This document shows, one piece after another, positions 27,033-35,245 of a stretch of 64,000 nucleotides of DNA. The translations under genes were made by a program, and so were the position numbers. Below the pieces are notes generated by a model, which did no database searches, was not told where the DNA came from, and worked only from the letters and a program-made list of their open reading frames with translations. The DNA lies in contig CAZHTM010000003.1 in the NCBI GenBank assembly GCA_964535735.1, positions 2,092 to 66,091 on the forward strand, written 5' to 3'. Within the stretch, counting starts at the first letter, position 1, and every line of letters begins with the position of its first letter. The stretch is from an uncultured bacterium. Lineage in GTDB: Bacteria; Fidelibacterota; Marinisomatia; Marinisomatales; J089.

Positions 27033-28391
27033 ATGAGTACAACCAAAATTTTACTCAGCGAAAACGACTTACCAAAAAGTTGGTATAATCTGGCGGCCGA
27101 TCTTCCGTCGCCCCCACCCCCGTCACTCCATCCCGGGACCAAGCAACCCATCGGTCCAGAAGATCTGGCTCCCCTCTTTCCCATGGAACTCATCCTACAG
27201 GAAGTGAGCACCGATCCCACTATTCCAATTCCATCGGAAGTACTGGAAGCGCTTTCCCTGTACCGCCCCACGCCGCTGATTCGCGCCCGACGTCTGGAAG
27301 CGGCATTGGACACGCCAGCGAAAATCTATTTCAAATACGAAGGCGTAAGTCCCACGGGAAGTCATAAACCCAATACCGCTATCGCTCAGGCCTATTACAA
27401 TCAAAAGGAAGGCGTGAAACGGTTAACTACAGAAACCGGGGCTGGACAATGGGGCAGCTCGCTGGCTTTTGCTGCCGGCCTTTTCGGACTGGAATGTAAA
27501 GTCTACATGGTCAGAATCAGCTACGAACAAAAGCCCTACCGCAAGGCGCTCATTGAAACGTATGGCGCGGAAATTCTTCCCAGTCCCAGTCCTACAACAC
27601 AGGCGGGAAGAGCCATTTTGGAAAAAGACCCCGACTCGCCAGGTAGTCTGGGGATCGCTATCAGTGAAGCCGTGGAAGAAGCTGCCAGCCGGGAGGACAC
27701 AAAATACTCCCTGGGATCGGTCCTGAATCACGTTTTGCTTCATCAAACCATCATTGGACAGGAAGCTCAAAAACAAATGGAATTGGCTGGGGATTATCCT
27801 GATGTCGTGATTGGATGCGTCGGTGGAGGATCCAATTTCGCCGGCCTGGCCTTTCCCTACATACGTGAGAAAATCCATGGAAAGGACATTGACTTTCTGG
27901 CCGTGGAGCCGGCCTCATGTCCCACGCTCACCAAGGGAGAATTGCGCTACGATTTTGGCGACACAGCCGAACTGACACCGTTAACCCAAATGTACACCCT
28001 GGGGCATCAGTTTGTCCCGGCGGCCATCCACGCCGGTGGACTTCGGTACCATGGCAGCGCTGCTTTAGTTTCCCAGCTGTTGAAAACCGGCTTGATTCGA
28101 GCGGAGGCGTATACGCAACTCAAAACCTTCGAATCGGCGCTCCTGTTCGCCCGGACAGAAGGCATTGTTCCGGCGCCAGAATCAGGCCACGCTGTTCATG
28201 CCGCTATTAAAACCGCTCGGTTGGCCCGGGAAGAAGGAAAGGAAAAAACCATCCTCTTTAATCTTTCAGGTCACGGATATTTTGATATGTCCGCTTACAC
28301 CAATTTCCTGGCTGGAAATTTAGTGGATCACGAAATGACCGACGAGGATGTAAAAGCCAGTTTAGCTAAACTGGAGGCCCTTCCCGTTTAA
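27033..28391 (+). CDS. trpB: tryptophan synthase beta chain, TrpB2 (type 2) subfamily
   Basis: AGGAG RBS. TrpB2-type N-terminus [16 protein letters not shown]-lysine context [16 protein letters not shown] loop. Confidence 0.9.
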   Translation: MSTTKILLSENDLPKSWYNLAADLPSPPPPSLHPGTKQPIGPEDLAPLFPMELILQEVSTDPTIPIPSEVLEALSLYRPTPLIRARRLEAALDTPAKIYFKYEGVSPTGSHKPNTAIAQAYYNQKEGVKRLTTETGAGQWGSSLAFAAGLFGLECKVYMVRISYEQKPYRKALIETYGAEILPSPSPTTQAGRAILEKDPDSPGSLGIAISEAVEEAASREDTKYSLGSVLNHVLLHQTIIGQEAQKQMELAGDYPDVVIGCVGGGSNFAGLAFPYIREKIHGKDIDFLAVEPASCPTLTKGELRYDFGDTAELTPLTQMYTLGHQFVPAAIHAGGLRYHGSAALVSQLLKTGLIRAEAYTQLKTFESALLFARTEGIVPAPESGHAVHAAIKTARLAREEGKEKTILFNLSGHGYFDMSAYTNFLAGNLVDHEMTDEDVKASLAKLEALPV

Positions 28392-28400
28392 CAAACGCCT

Positions 28401-28438
28401 CACAGGGTCGGCTCAGGATTTTTCTGACCGGCCCTGTG
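28401..28438 (+). terminator. stem-loop after trpB2 (possible terminator or attenuating structure)
   Basis: cacagggtcgg ... ccggccctgtg: an 11-bp stem with one G-U and a 16-nt loop, followed by a T-rich stretch atttcctttcc. Confidence 0.4.
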
Positions 28439-28472
28439 ATTTCCTTTCCAATCAATCTAAATTCTATTGTCA

Positions 28473-31400
28473 ATGCATTCCCTGTTAAAATCCATATCCG
28501 ATCGGTTACTGGCAACCCCATCGGCGTCTCCAGATGATATTAAAGCCGCCGTTCAGCACCTTCTTGATCACGGCGCTACCGAAACCATCCATGAATTTCT
28601 TGATTGGGGACATTTACCGGAAGTCAACCAGGCTCTCGCCAAAGCCCACCTTGGAACCGCCTGGGTCCATCTCATCGCTCAAGCAATTGAGAAATCAGGC
28701 TATACGGTTGCTCATCTGCTTCGTCAGCGCGTGGAACGCTATGGAGATAAACCCTTCTTCCAGACCGTTAAGGGCAATCGAATCACCGCCTATTCCTATC
28801 GGGAAATCGCCGAAAAAATTCACCATATCCAGGGTTGCTTGTTGGCGTCTCAATCCCCGGATCACCCGTTAGTTGTGGGATTGTACACTCCCAATCGACT
28901 GGAGGCGGCTTGTGTTGATCTGGCTTGTTTGGGAGCGGGTATTCGTGTCATTCCTCTGCCCGCCAATTCTTCCCCTTCCCAATTGGAATATATCCTGCAC
29001 CATGCGGCCATTAACCTGGTATTTGTGGGTGGTACTGAGACCGTGACGACCCTCCGTGAAACCCGTTTAACCGGCGACCAGAGTTGGATACGATTTCCTG
29101 GAACTCCGGACCTGCCGGTGACCAGCCAATCCTGGGAAGATTTCAATTCTCTGAAGCCCTATACGGGTCCCAATCCCCATCCGACCGATCCAAACCTTGC
29201 CACGATTCTTTACACCTCCGGTACTACGGATACACCCAAAGGAATTGTTTTTTCCCAAGTGGCCATGCTCACGAAACGTTTTGCCCGCGCCGTGGCGTTG
29301 CCGGGCATTAGCTCGAAAGATAGCTTCCTGGCCTATTTACCTCTTTATCACACCTTCGGTCGCTTTTTCGAAATGATGGGGACACTCTTTTGGGGCGCTA
29401 CGTATACTTTTGCCGAATCCCCAACCTTTAAAACTCTTCTTTCGGAATTTTCCCTTGTAAGACCCACGGTCTTTATTTCCATTCCAAAGCGCTGGGTCCA
29501 ACTCTATGAACAAGTACGGAATACGGATTCTTTCGATCAGGGCCGGGACAAGGATATTCAGCGTTTCCTTAAAAAACTGACAGGTGGACGCCTGACCTGG
29601 GGCTTATCGGCGGCGGGCTACCTGGACCCGGACATTTTTGAATTTTTTCAGCACCACAACATCCACCTCCTGTCCGGATATGGAATGACGGAAGCCACCG
29701 GTGGTATTACCATGACGCCACCGGACGATTATGTTCGTAATTCCGTAGGTATCGCGCTGCCGGGATTGGATGCCAAGCTGGGCTCTGACGGTGAACTGTG
29801 CATTCGCGGTCCCTATGTTTGCCAGTTTTATTATGGAGATCCTCTCCAGCCAACGCACCAGGACGGCTGGTTCCACACCGGCGATATTTTTGAAGAAAAG
29901 GACGGTCACTATTTTATCGTGGATCGTAAAAAAGATATCTATAAGAACAGTCGCGGGCAGACCATTTCGCCGCAAAAAATTGAAAATCTGTTTCAGGATT
30001 TCGAACCTATTCGACGAGTGTTTCTGGTTGGGGATGGTTTGGAATTCAATACGGTCCTGATTTACCCCAATCCGGAATACTATTTCCCGGAAGACATGGC
30101 GGGGAATGAATCGGAACGACGGGAGTTCTTTAGTTCTCTTATTCAGTCAGTGAATAGCTTTTTAGCGCCCTTCGAACGAATTGTGAATTTTGCACTCATT
30201 GACCGGGATTTTTCCGAAAAAGCTGGTGAGCTTACCCGAAAAGGCACCTATAAACGAAAAGTGATTCTGGAGCATTTCAGCCATGTCATTGAACCCATGT
30301 ATGCCCGGAATTACCTGCCCTTCATTGTTGGACAATACGAACTACAAATTCCCAATTGGCTCACGCGGGAATGGGGCATCACCCGCTCGGAAATTACTTG
30401 GGATGGTGACATTCTTAAGGTCCGAGACCGAACCCTAAAGGCACATCTTATCCCTGATAAAAACATGATCCAATTAGGCAACTTTGATTATGAACTTTCC
30501 AGGGAAACCATTGATTTAAATGCCCTTATCGCCGCACCGGAATTATGGGTAGGAAATCACGCTTTGGTGCAATTTTTAGACAACGCTCTTTTTCGGATCC
30601 GAACCTTTGAATCCTGTACGTCTATTCTCCTGAAAAAAGATCATCTTCCCTTCACCCAAGGCGAACCTGAGTTTGATACGCATACGCCCTCTTCCTGGTT
30701 GGGTAAACTTCACCACTTGGCCTGTCAGTGCTTTTCGTCGAAAGAGGACACTGTTCTCACGGCCTTGAGCGCTCTGCAATCCCTCCTAAATGATAAGGAT
30801 CAGGATCGGAGACGGTTAATTGTTCCGGTTCTCATACGATGTCGCCTCCACCCTGCTCCAACGGTACGGGAATTTGCACTGAATGCCGTCCTTCCTTATC
30901 TTGACGGTAACGAATTTTTATCCGCTTTATTGGACACTTTGTCTCTTCCCCATTCCAGCGATCCATCGGAGATAACTATTGATATCGCAAAAATGAATGC
31001 GGACCAATTTCATGCAATTTTATCCTACCTTGATTCTCTTCGATCTTCCTACCACGAATCCCCTATAGAAAACCGGCAGGAACTTATCTTTCTATTACGC
31101 CTCCTGAGTCGCTATGGAAGCATCCACCCCATTGGGTTTCGATGGATTCGATCGGAATTGGTGTGGTGGCATCTTGTCTCAGGAGACCCTGAATTCCAAA
31201 AGGTAGCCAAAACTGAATTGGACGGCTTAACGCAGCAATTTCGGCAGTGGCTTGGGACGCCCCAACAGGTGGCTATCGATCCCGAAACCGGAGAGGAGAT
31301 AACCTGGAAGGACGTTGTTCTCTTCGATGAGCATATTGACGATCAAACCCAAACTCACTTGCTTAAACTTTTTTCCACCACCCAGGCGATTTCCGAAGCA

Positions 31401-33029
31401 GTATTCCTATTCACCGGGAAACAGATGATTCGGCTTGAGGATATTGCCCCAAAAGGTATTTGGGTGTCGTATTTGGGCACCAATTATCAAAAAAGCGTTT
31501 TCCGTATATTGATTCAAACCCATTCTACCGAAGCCTACAATCTGGTCATCAACATCAATGAAGGACTCTCAACGTCCCGATTTGAAGAGGAAACCAGTTG
31601 GTTGATATTGATGAGTACAATGCATCACGGGTCACGCCTGGTGGAAATGTTTGGAGGATATTGGCCTGAATTCCAGCTTTATACCGAAGAATATATTCCA
31701 GGGGAGACGGTCCGCCAGTATCTGGAAGTCAACCGCAAAGAAATTGCTTCCCGCACCAACCCGGACCGCTGGCGTATGCGCTGGCTTCACTTTATCTGGA
31801 ATGGAGCCATGGCCTACGTGGAATTCTGGCGCCGTTCCGGCTTTACCCTGGGTTTTCAAGAGCCTACTACCGATAATTTGATCATTCCCGTGTATGATTA
31901 CACTACCGGCACCCGACTGATCTCCATCACCAATCGTTCTACCCTGACGTCACTCTTGGAATTGCTGGTGCGGATTTATCAGCATTTCATCCTGAAAACC
32001 GAGCGTGATTTTCAGGGACTTCAACGAATGGCGGACTGGGAAATCCTGCTCACGGCGGCGACGCAACGCCTCTCCGTAAAGGGAGCGTTTATACACTTTG
32101 AAAATATAATTCGGAATTGGGATCAACTCCCGGAATCGTCAGAGGCGCAGACCTTAGGGCTAACACCGGACAGACTCCGTCGCTTCATGTCCGACGTGGA
32201 ATCGGAAGGCGTACTCACAAAGCCAGTGGTTTTTGCTTCCCTGCGTTATGAGCGTTGGCTGCAATTGAACCCTGACGCCACCCGGGAAGCACGGGGATCG
32301 TTATTAAAGGAACTTTATAACGATTATCATCTGGCCAATTTGCTAGAGGACTATCCAGAAACACGGATTCGATTTTTTCTCATGACCTGTTTTAAAAATT
32401 CCGCGCCAAAGATCCAGTCTGATTTGTATGAGTTACAAAAGGCCCTTCGCTCCCGGTCCATTAGTCTGGAAGAACTGGATATCCAGCTTACACGCATCCA
32501 ACAAAATTCAGATTTGTCAGAGGATGATGCCTATTTCCTCAGTCGACTCCTGTTTGAACATTTGGAGTCCACTGAACAGGGTGAGTTAATTACCTGGGAT
32601 TGGGGTGCCCAAAATCGATTGGATTTGATTACCGCCGTAGAAGATTTGTCGGGAAATCAATACCAGATTCGTCCCCCGTTCCAGCCCAAAGAAATCGCTC
32701 ATTTTCACGCCCTTTTGCAGGTCTCCAACTTTAATCCCGTATTTCGCCAAGAACATCAGTTTCTGTTAATTTTTAATAGCAATCGGGTTGTGGTCGGGGG
32801 CGTGTACTGGAAACCCACCTCCATTAATACGGCCTATATCGAACGTATCGTGATCTCTCATCGCTATCGAAAACAGCATCTAAGCACGCGCCTTCTGGAG
32901 GAATTATTTAACCGTTTGCGGGACCGGAGTTATCAATACATCACCGTAGGGTTTTTCCAGGCTGGCCTGTTTTATAAACTGGGATTTACTGTCAATAAAA
33001 AATTCGGCGGTTTGGTCAAACCGCTGTAA
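28473..33029 (+). CDS. 1,518-aa fusion protein: AMP-forming acyl-CoA ligase domain, approximately 750-aa unassigned region, C-terminal GNAT-like acyltransferase domain
   Basis: Adenylation motifs YTSGTTDTPKG, SGYGMTEATGG, WFHTGDIF, DRKKDIYKNSRGQTISPQKIE, GELTRKGTYKRK. C-terminal GNAT-like IERIVISHRYRKQHLSTRLLEELFNRL...FYKLGF. One uninterrupted frame. Confidence 0.8.
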   Translation: MHSLLKSISDRLLATPSASPDDIKAAVQHLLDHGATETIHEFLDWGHLPEVNQALAKAHLGTAWVHLIAQAIEKSGYTVAHLLRQRVERYGDKPFFQTVKGNRITAYSYREIAEKIHHIQGCLLASQSPDHPLVVGLYTPNRLEAACVDLACLGAGIRVIPLPANSSPSQLEYILHHAAINLVFVGGTETVTTLRETRLTGDQSWIRFPGTPDLPVTSQSWEDFNSLKPYTGPNPHPTDPNLATILYTSGTTDTPKGIVFSQVAMLTKRFARAVALPGISSKDSFLAYLPLYHTFGRFFEMMGTLFWGATYTFAESPTFKTLLSEFSLVRPTVFISIPKRWVQLYEQVRNTDSFDQGRDKDIQRFLKKLTGGRLTWGLSAAGYLDPDIFEFFQHHNIHLLSGYGMTEATGGITMTPPDDYVRNSVGIALPGLDAKLGSDGELCIRGPYVCQFYYGDPLQPTHQDGWFHTGDIFEEKDGHYFIVDRKKDIYKNSRGQTISPQKIENLFQDFEPIRRVFLVGDGLEFNTVLIYPNPEYYFPEDMAGNESERREFFSSLIQSVNSFLAPFERIVNFALIDRDFSEKAGELTRKGTYKRKVILEHFSHVIEPMYARNYLPFIVGQYELQIPNWLTREWGITRSEITWDGDILKVRDRTLKAHLIPDKNMIQLGNFDYELSRETIDLNALIAAPELWVGNHALVQFLDNALFRIRTFESCTSILLKKDHLPFTQGEPEFDTHTPSSWLGKLHHLACQCFSSKEDTVLTALSALQSLLNDKDQDRRRLIVPVLIRCRLHPAPTVREFALNAVLPYLDGNEFLSALLDTLSLPHSSDPSEITIDIAKMNADQFHAILSYLDSLRSSYHESPIENRQELIFLLRLLSRYGSIHPIGFRWIRSELVWWHLVSGDPEFQKVAKTELDGLTQQFRQWLGTPQQVAIDPETGEEITWKDVVLFDEHIDDQTQTHLLKLFSTTQAISEAVFLFTGKQMIRLEDIAPKGIWVSYLGTNYQKSVFRILIQTHSTEAYNLVININEGLSTSRFEEETSWLILMSTMHHGSRLVEMFGGYWPEFQLYTEEYIPGETVRQYLEVNRKEIASRTNPDRWRMRWLHFIWNGAMAYVEFWRRSGFTLGFQEPTTDNLIIPVYDYTTGTRLISITNRSTLTSLLELLVRIYQHFILKTERDFQGLQRMADWEILLTAATQRLSVKGAFIHFENIIRNWDQLPESSEAQTLGLTPDRLRRFMSDVESEGVLTKPVVFASLRYERWLQLNPDATREARGSLLKELYNDYHLANLLEDYPETRIRFFLMTCFKNSAPKIQSDLYELQKALRSRSISLEELDIQLTRIQQNSDLSEDDAYFLSRLLFEHLESTEQGELITWDWGAQNRLDLITAVEDLSGNQYQIRPPFQPKEIAHFHALLQVSNFNPVFRQEHQFLLIFNSNRVVVGGVYWKPTSINTAYIERIVISHRYRKQHLSTRLLEELFNRLRDRSYQYITVGFFQAGLFYKLGFTVNKKFGGLVKPL

Positions 33030-33159
33030 GTCTCCAATCTCCGGCGCTCGGGAATGAGGAGTGCGTGGTGGATTGGTGGGCGGTCATCGCTTTCCTCTTT
33101 GAAGGTTAAATTAATTTCTCAGTATAACCATGCACAAAATAACATATACCTTCCAGCGT

Positions 33160-33195
33160 GTCGAAGCCTGACGTATGTACACGTCACATTTCGAC
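33160..33195. other. nested palindrome GTCGAA-gcc-TGACGT-atgtac-ACGTCA-cat-TTCGAC
   Basis: Two concentric perfect 6-bp inverted repeats, read directly from the sequence in a non-coding gap. Confidence 0.5.
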
Positions 33196-33293
33196 TTGGC
33201 TCAATGGGACTGGTTTGGAAGTCGGGGTTTGGAATAATCAGATCTTCAATTTTCGATGTTCAATCGTCAACGCCCCGGCTCCCATCAACATAC

Positions 33294-33326
33294 AAAAAAA
33301 AGCGCCATCCTTAGTTGGACGGCGCT
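33294..33326 (-). terminator. rho-independent terminator of the 115-aa orphan gene
   Basis: Minus strand reads agcgccgtccaactaaggatggcgct followed by tttttttt. Confidence 0.7.
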
Positions 33327-33351
33327 TTGAATCCGTTTCTGAAAGAAACGA

Positions 33352-33699
33352 TTAGTCCAGAGAAATCGTCAGCATTCCGGTTGCTTCATCGAACTCAGGA
33401 ATAAAACGCCGCAATCCTTCGATTTCAATCCGGTTGGCTTTCAAAAAGCCCCGGCCATTGATCAGGTAGGACGGGCCTTTCCCAATTGCGGTTAACCGCA
33501 TGGAATGCTTCGTCGGATCTTGGCAGGGTTTTAACCCGATTTTATTGGCGTCACGGTCATAATACAGTTCTACATTCCGCGCTCCCTTAAAATAGGTATT
33601 AAAACACAGAGTGCTAAGTCCGATTCTTCCGGAGGGACTGACACTGATGGTCACTGAAGAACGACCAACTGCACGTGGGTGGTACACTTGAAATGTCAT
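33352..33699 (-). CDS. hypothetical protein, possibly a tandem AbrB/MraZ-like beta-hairpin fold
   Basis: ORF with its own terminator. Two similar halves (SGRIGLS...VELYYDRDANKIGLKP and GRGFLKAN...FIPEFDEATGMLTISL). No family recognised with confidence. Confidence 0.45.
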   Translation of the reverse strand: MTFQVYHPRAVGRSSVTISVSPSGRIGLSTLCFNTYFKGARNVELYYDRDANKIGLKPCQDPTKHSMRLTAIGKGPSYLINGRGFLKANRIEIEGLRRFIPEFDEATGMLTISLD

Positions 33700-33936
33700 C
33701 TTTATTTACTCCTTTTTGGCTAAGATTACTCTTTTTAAGACCATAAAGTTAAATATACTTTTCTTTTAACAAAAGTATTAAAATCATTTTCGCCTTATAC
33801 ATGGAGTATTTGCCTATCATTTGAGAGCCTTCCAAAGTATTATACCATAAACGTTGGGCGATTTTTGTATGAATGATGCAATATGGCGTGTTCTCACTAT
33901 AAAGCATTGTGTGTTTATAAACAAGAGCGTGTGTTG

Positions 33937-34019
33937 TACCGGGGAAGGGACTCGAACCCTCACGCCTTTTGGGCACCAGATCCTAAATCTGGCGTGTCTG
34001 CCAATTCCACCACCCCGGT
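33937..34019 (-). tRNA. tRNA-Leu (anticodon UAG), class II with long variable arm
   Basis: Hand-folded cloverleaf. Acceptor ACCGGGG/CCCCGGT. D stem GTG/CAC. Anticodon stem CCAGA/TCTGG with loop TTTAGGA. Variable stem GCC/GGC. T arm GAGGG-TTCGAGT-CCCTT. CCA is not encoded. Confidence 0.9.
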
Positions 34020-34066
34020 ATAGGGTCAAATATAAAATTTAAGCGCTATTCGGAGCGCCTGGAAAA

Positions 34067-35245
34067 TCAGCGGAGCGCTTGGTCAAGATCAGCAATAAGA
34101 TCGTCCAGGTCCTCAATCCCAACGCTCAATCGCACCAGACTTTCCGTGAGCCCCATGGCTTCTTTTTCCTCCCTGGGAATAGAACCGTGCGTCATGACAA
34201 AAGGATTAGAAATAAGACTTTCCACGCCCCCTAAACTTTCGGCCAGCGTAAAAATCTGAATCCGTTTCAGAAAACGATCCCGGCGTTCCAGATCCCCTAA
34301 ATCAATGGATAGAATACTCCCGAAGATAGAATGTCCATCGGGAGTTTTCTGCTGGCGAGCAGCCAACTCATGTTGTGGATGTGACAACAACCCTGGATAT
34401 ATTGTCCGGGTAATCAAATCTGACGCTTGACACCACTCGGCGATGGCCAGGGCGTTATCCGCCTGCCGCTGCACACGGAGCGCCAATGTTTTTGTGGAGC
34501 GCAACACCAACCAGCAATCAAACGGACTGGGAACCGCGCCTGCTGATTTTTGGATCATTCCCACGGCTTCAATAATCGATTCATCAGACGTGATTAAAGC
34601 GCCCCCTATAATGTCACTGTGCCCGCCCAGAAATTTGGTGGAACTGTGCAGGACGATATGGGCGCCCAGCTCCAACGGACGTTGTCCGTAGGGACTCATG
34701 AAAGTATTGTCCACCGCCAGCCAAATGGGGCGTGATTGAATCTTTTCCGCAATGGCAGCGATGTCCAGGACTTCTAATAGAGGATTGGTAGGCGTTTCAA
34801 TAAAGATCAAACGAGTGGCGTCGGTGATTTTCTGGTCCAGCGTAGCCACATCGGTTAGATCCACAAATTCAAACTGAATCGGAAGACGATGAAAAACCTG
34901 CGTGATTAGGCGATGGGTGCCGCCATACACGTTTCGGCTCACCAAAACATGATCGCCAGCTTTTAAGCATTGTAACAGGGCATTAATGGCGGCCATGCCA
35001 CTGGCAAAGGCAAATGCCCGTCGTCCACCTTCAAGGTCTGCCAGATTGACTTCCAGTCGATCGCGTGTGGGGTTTACCGCTCGGGAATAGTCATAGCCTT
35101 TATTAACACCCACCCGTTCCTGTTGAAAGGTGGAGGATAAATGAATCGGCGGAGACACGGCACCGGTTATTTCATCGGCTCGATTCCCAGAATGAATGGC
35201 GCGAGTGGAAAACCCATACGACGGCTTATCGTCCCGGATCGTCAT
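34067..35245 (-). CDS. Cys/Met-metabolism PLP enzyme (cystathionine gamma-synthase/gamma-lyase/beta-lyase family)
   Basis: PLP-lysine motif HSSTKFLGGHSD. N-terminal FSTRAIHSG. C-terminal RLSVGIEDLDDLIADL. Confidence 0.85.
   Translation of the reverse strand: MTIRDDKPSYGFSTRAIHSGNRADEITGAVSPPIHLSSTFQQERVGVNKGYDYSRAVNPTRDRLEVNLADLEGGRRAFAFASGMAAINALLQCLKAGDHVLVSRNVYGGTHRLITQVFHRLPIQFEFVDLTDVATLDQKITDATRLIFIETPTNPLLEVLDIAAIAEKIQSRPIWLAVDNTFMSPYGQRPLELGAHIVLHSSTKFLGGHSDIIGGALITSDESIIEAVGMIQKSAGAVPSPFDCWLVLRSTKTLALRVQRQADNALAIAEWCQASDLITRTIYPGLLSHPQHELAARQQKTPDGHSIFGSILSIDLGDLERRDRFLKRIQIFTLAESLGGVESLISNPFVMTHGSIPREEKEAMGLTESLVRLSVGIEDLDDLIADLDQALR

Noticed and set aside
33157-33174. Partial resemblance (12 of 16 nt) to the T-arm segment of the nearby tRNA-Leu. 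Considered as a distal att repeat of an integrated element.
   Set aside because: The similarity is short, does not extend into the acceptor-stem portion, and coincides with the nested palindrome. It is not convincing without comparative data.
33054-33355. Two plus-strand ORFs (86 and 65 aa) after the giant gene.
   Set aside because: Odd composition and no RBS. They overlap the terminator of the convergent orphan gene. The region is treated as non-coding.
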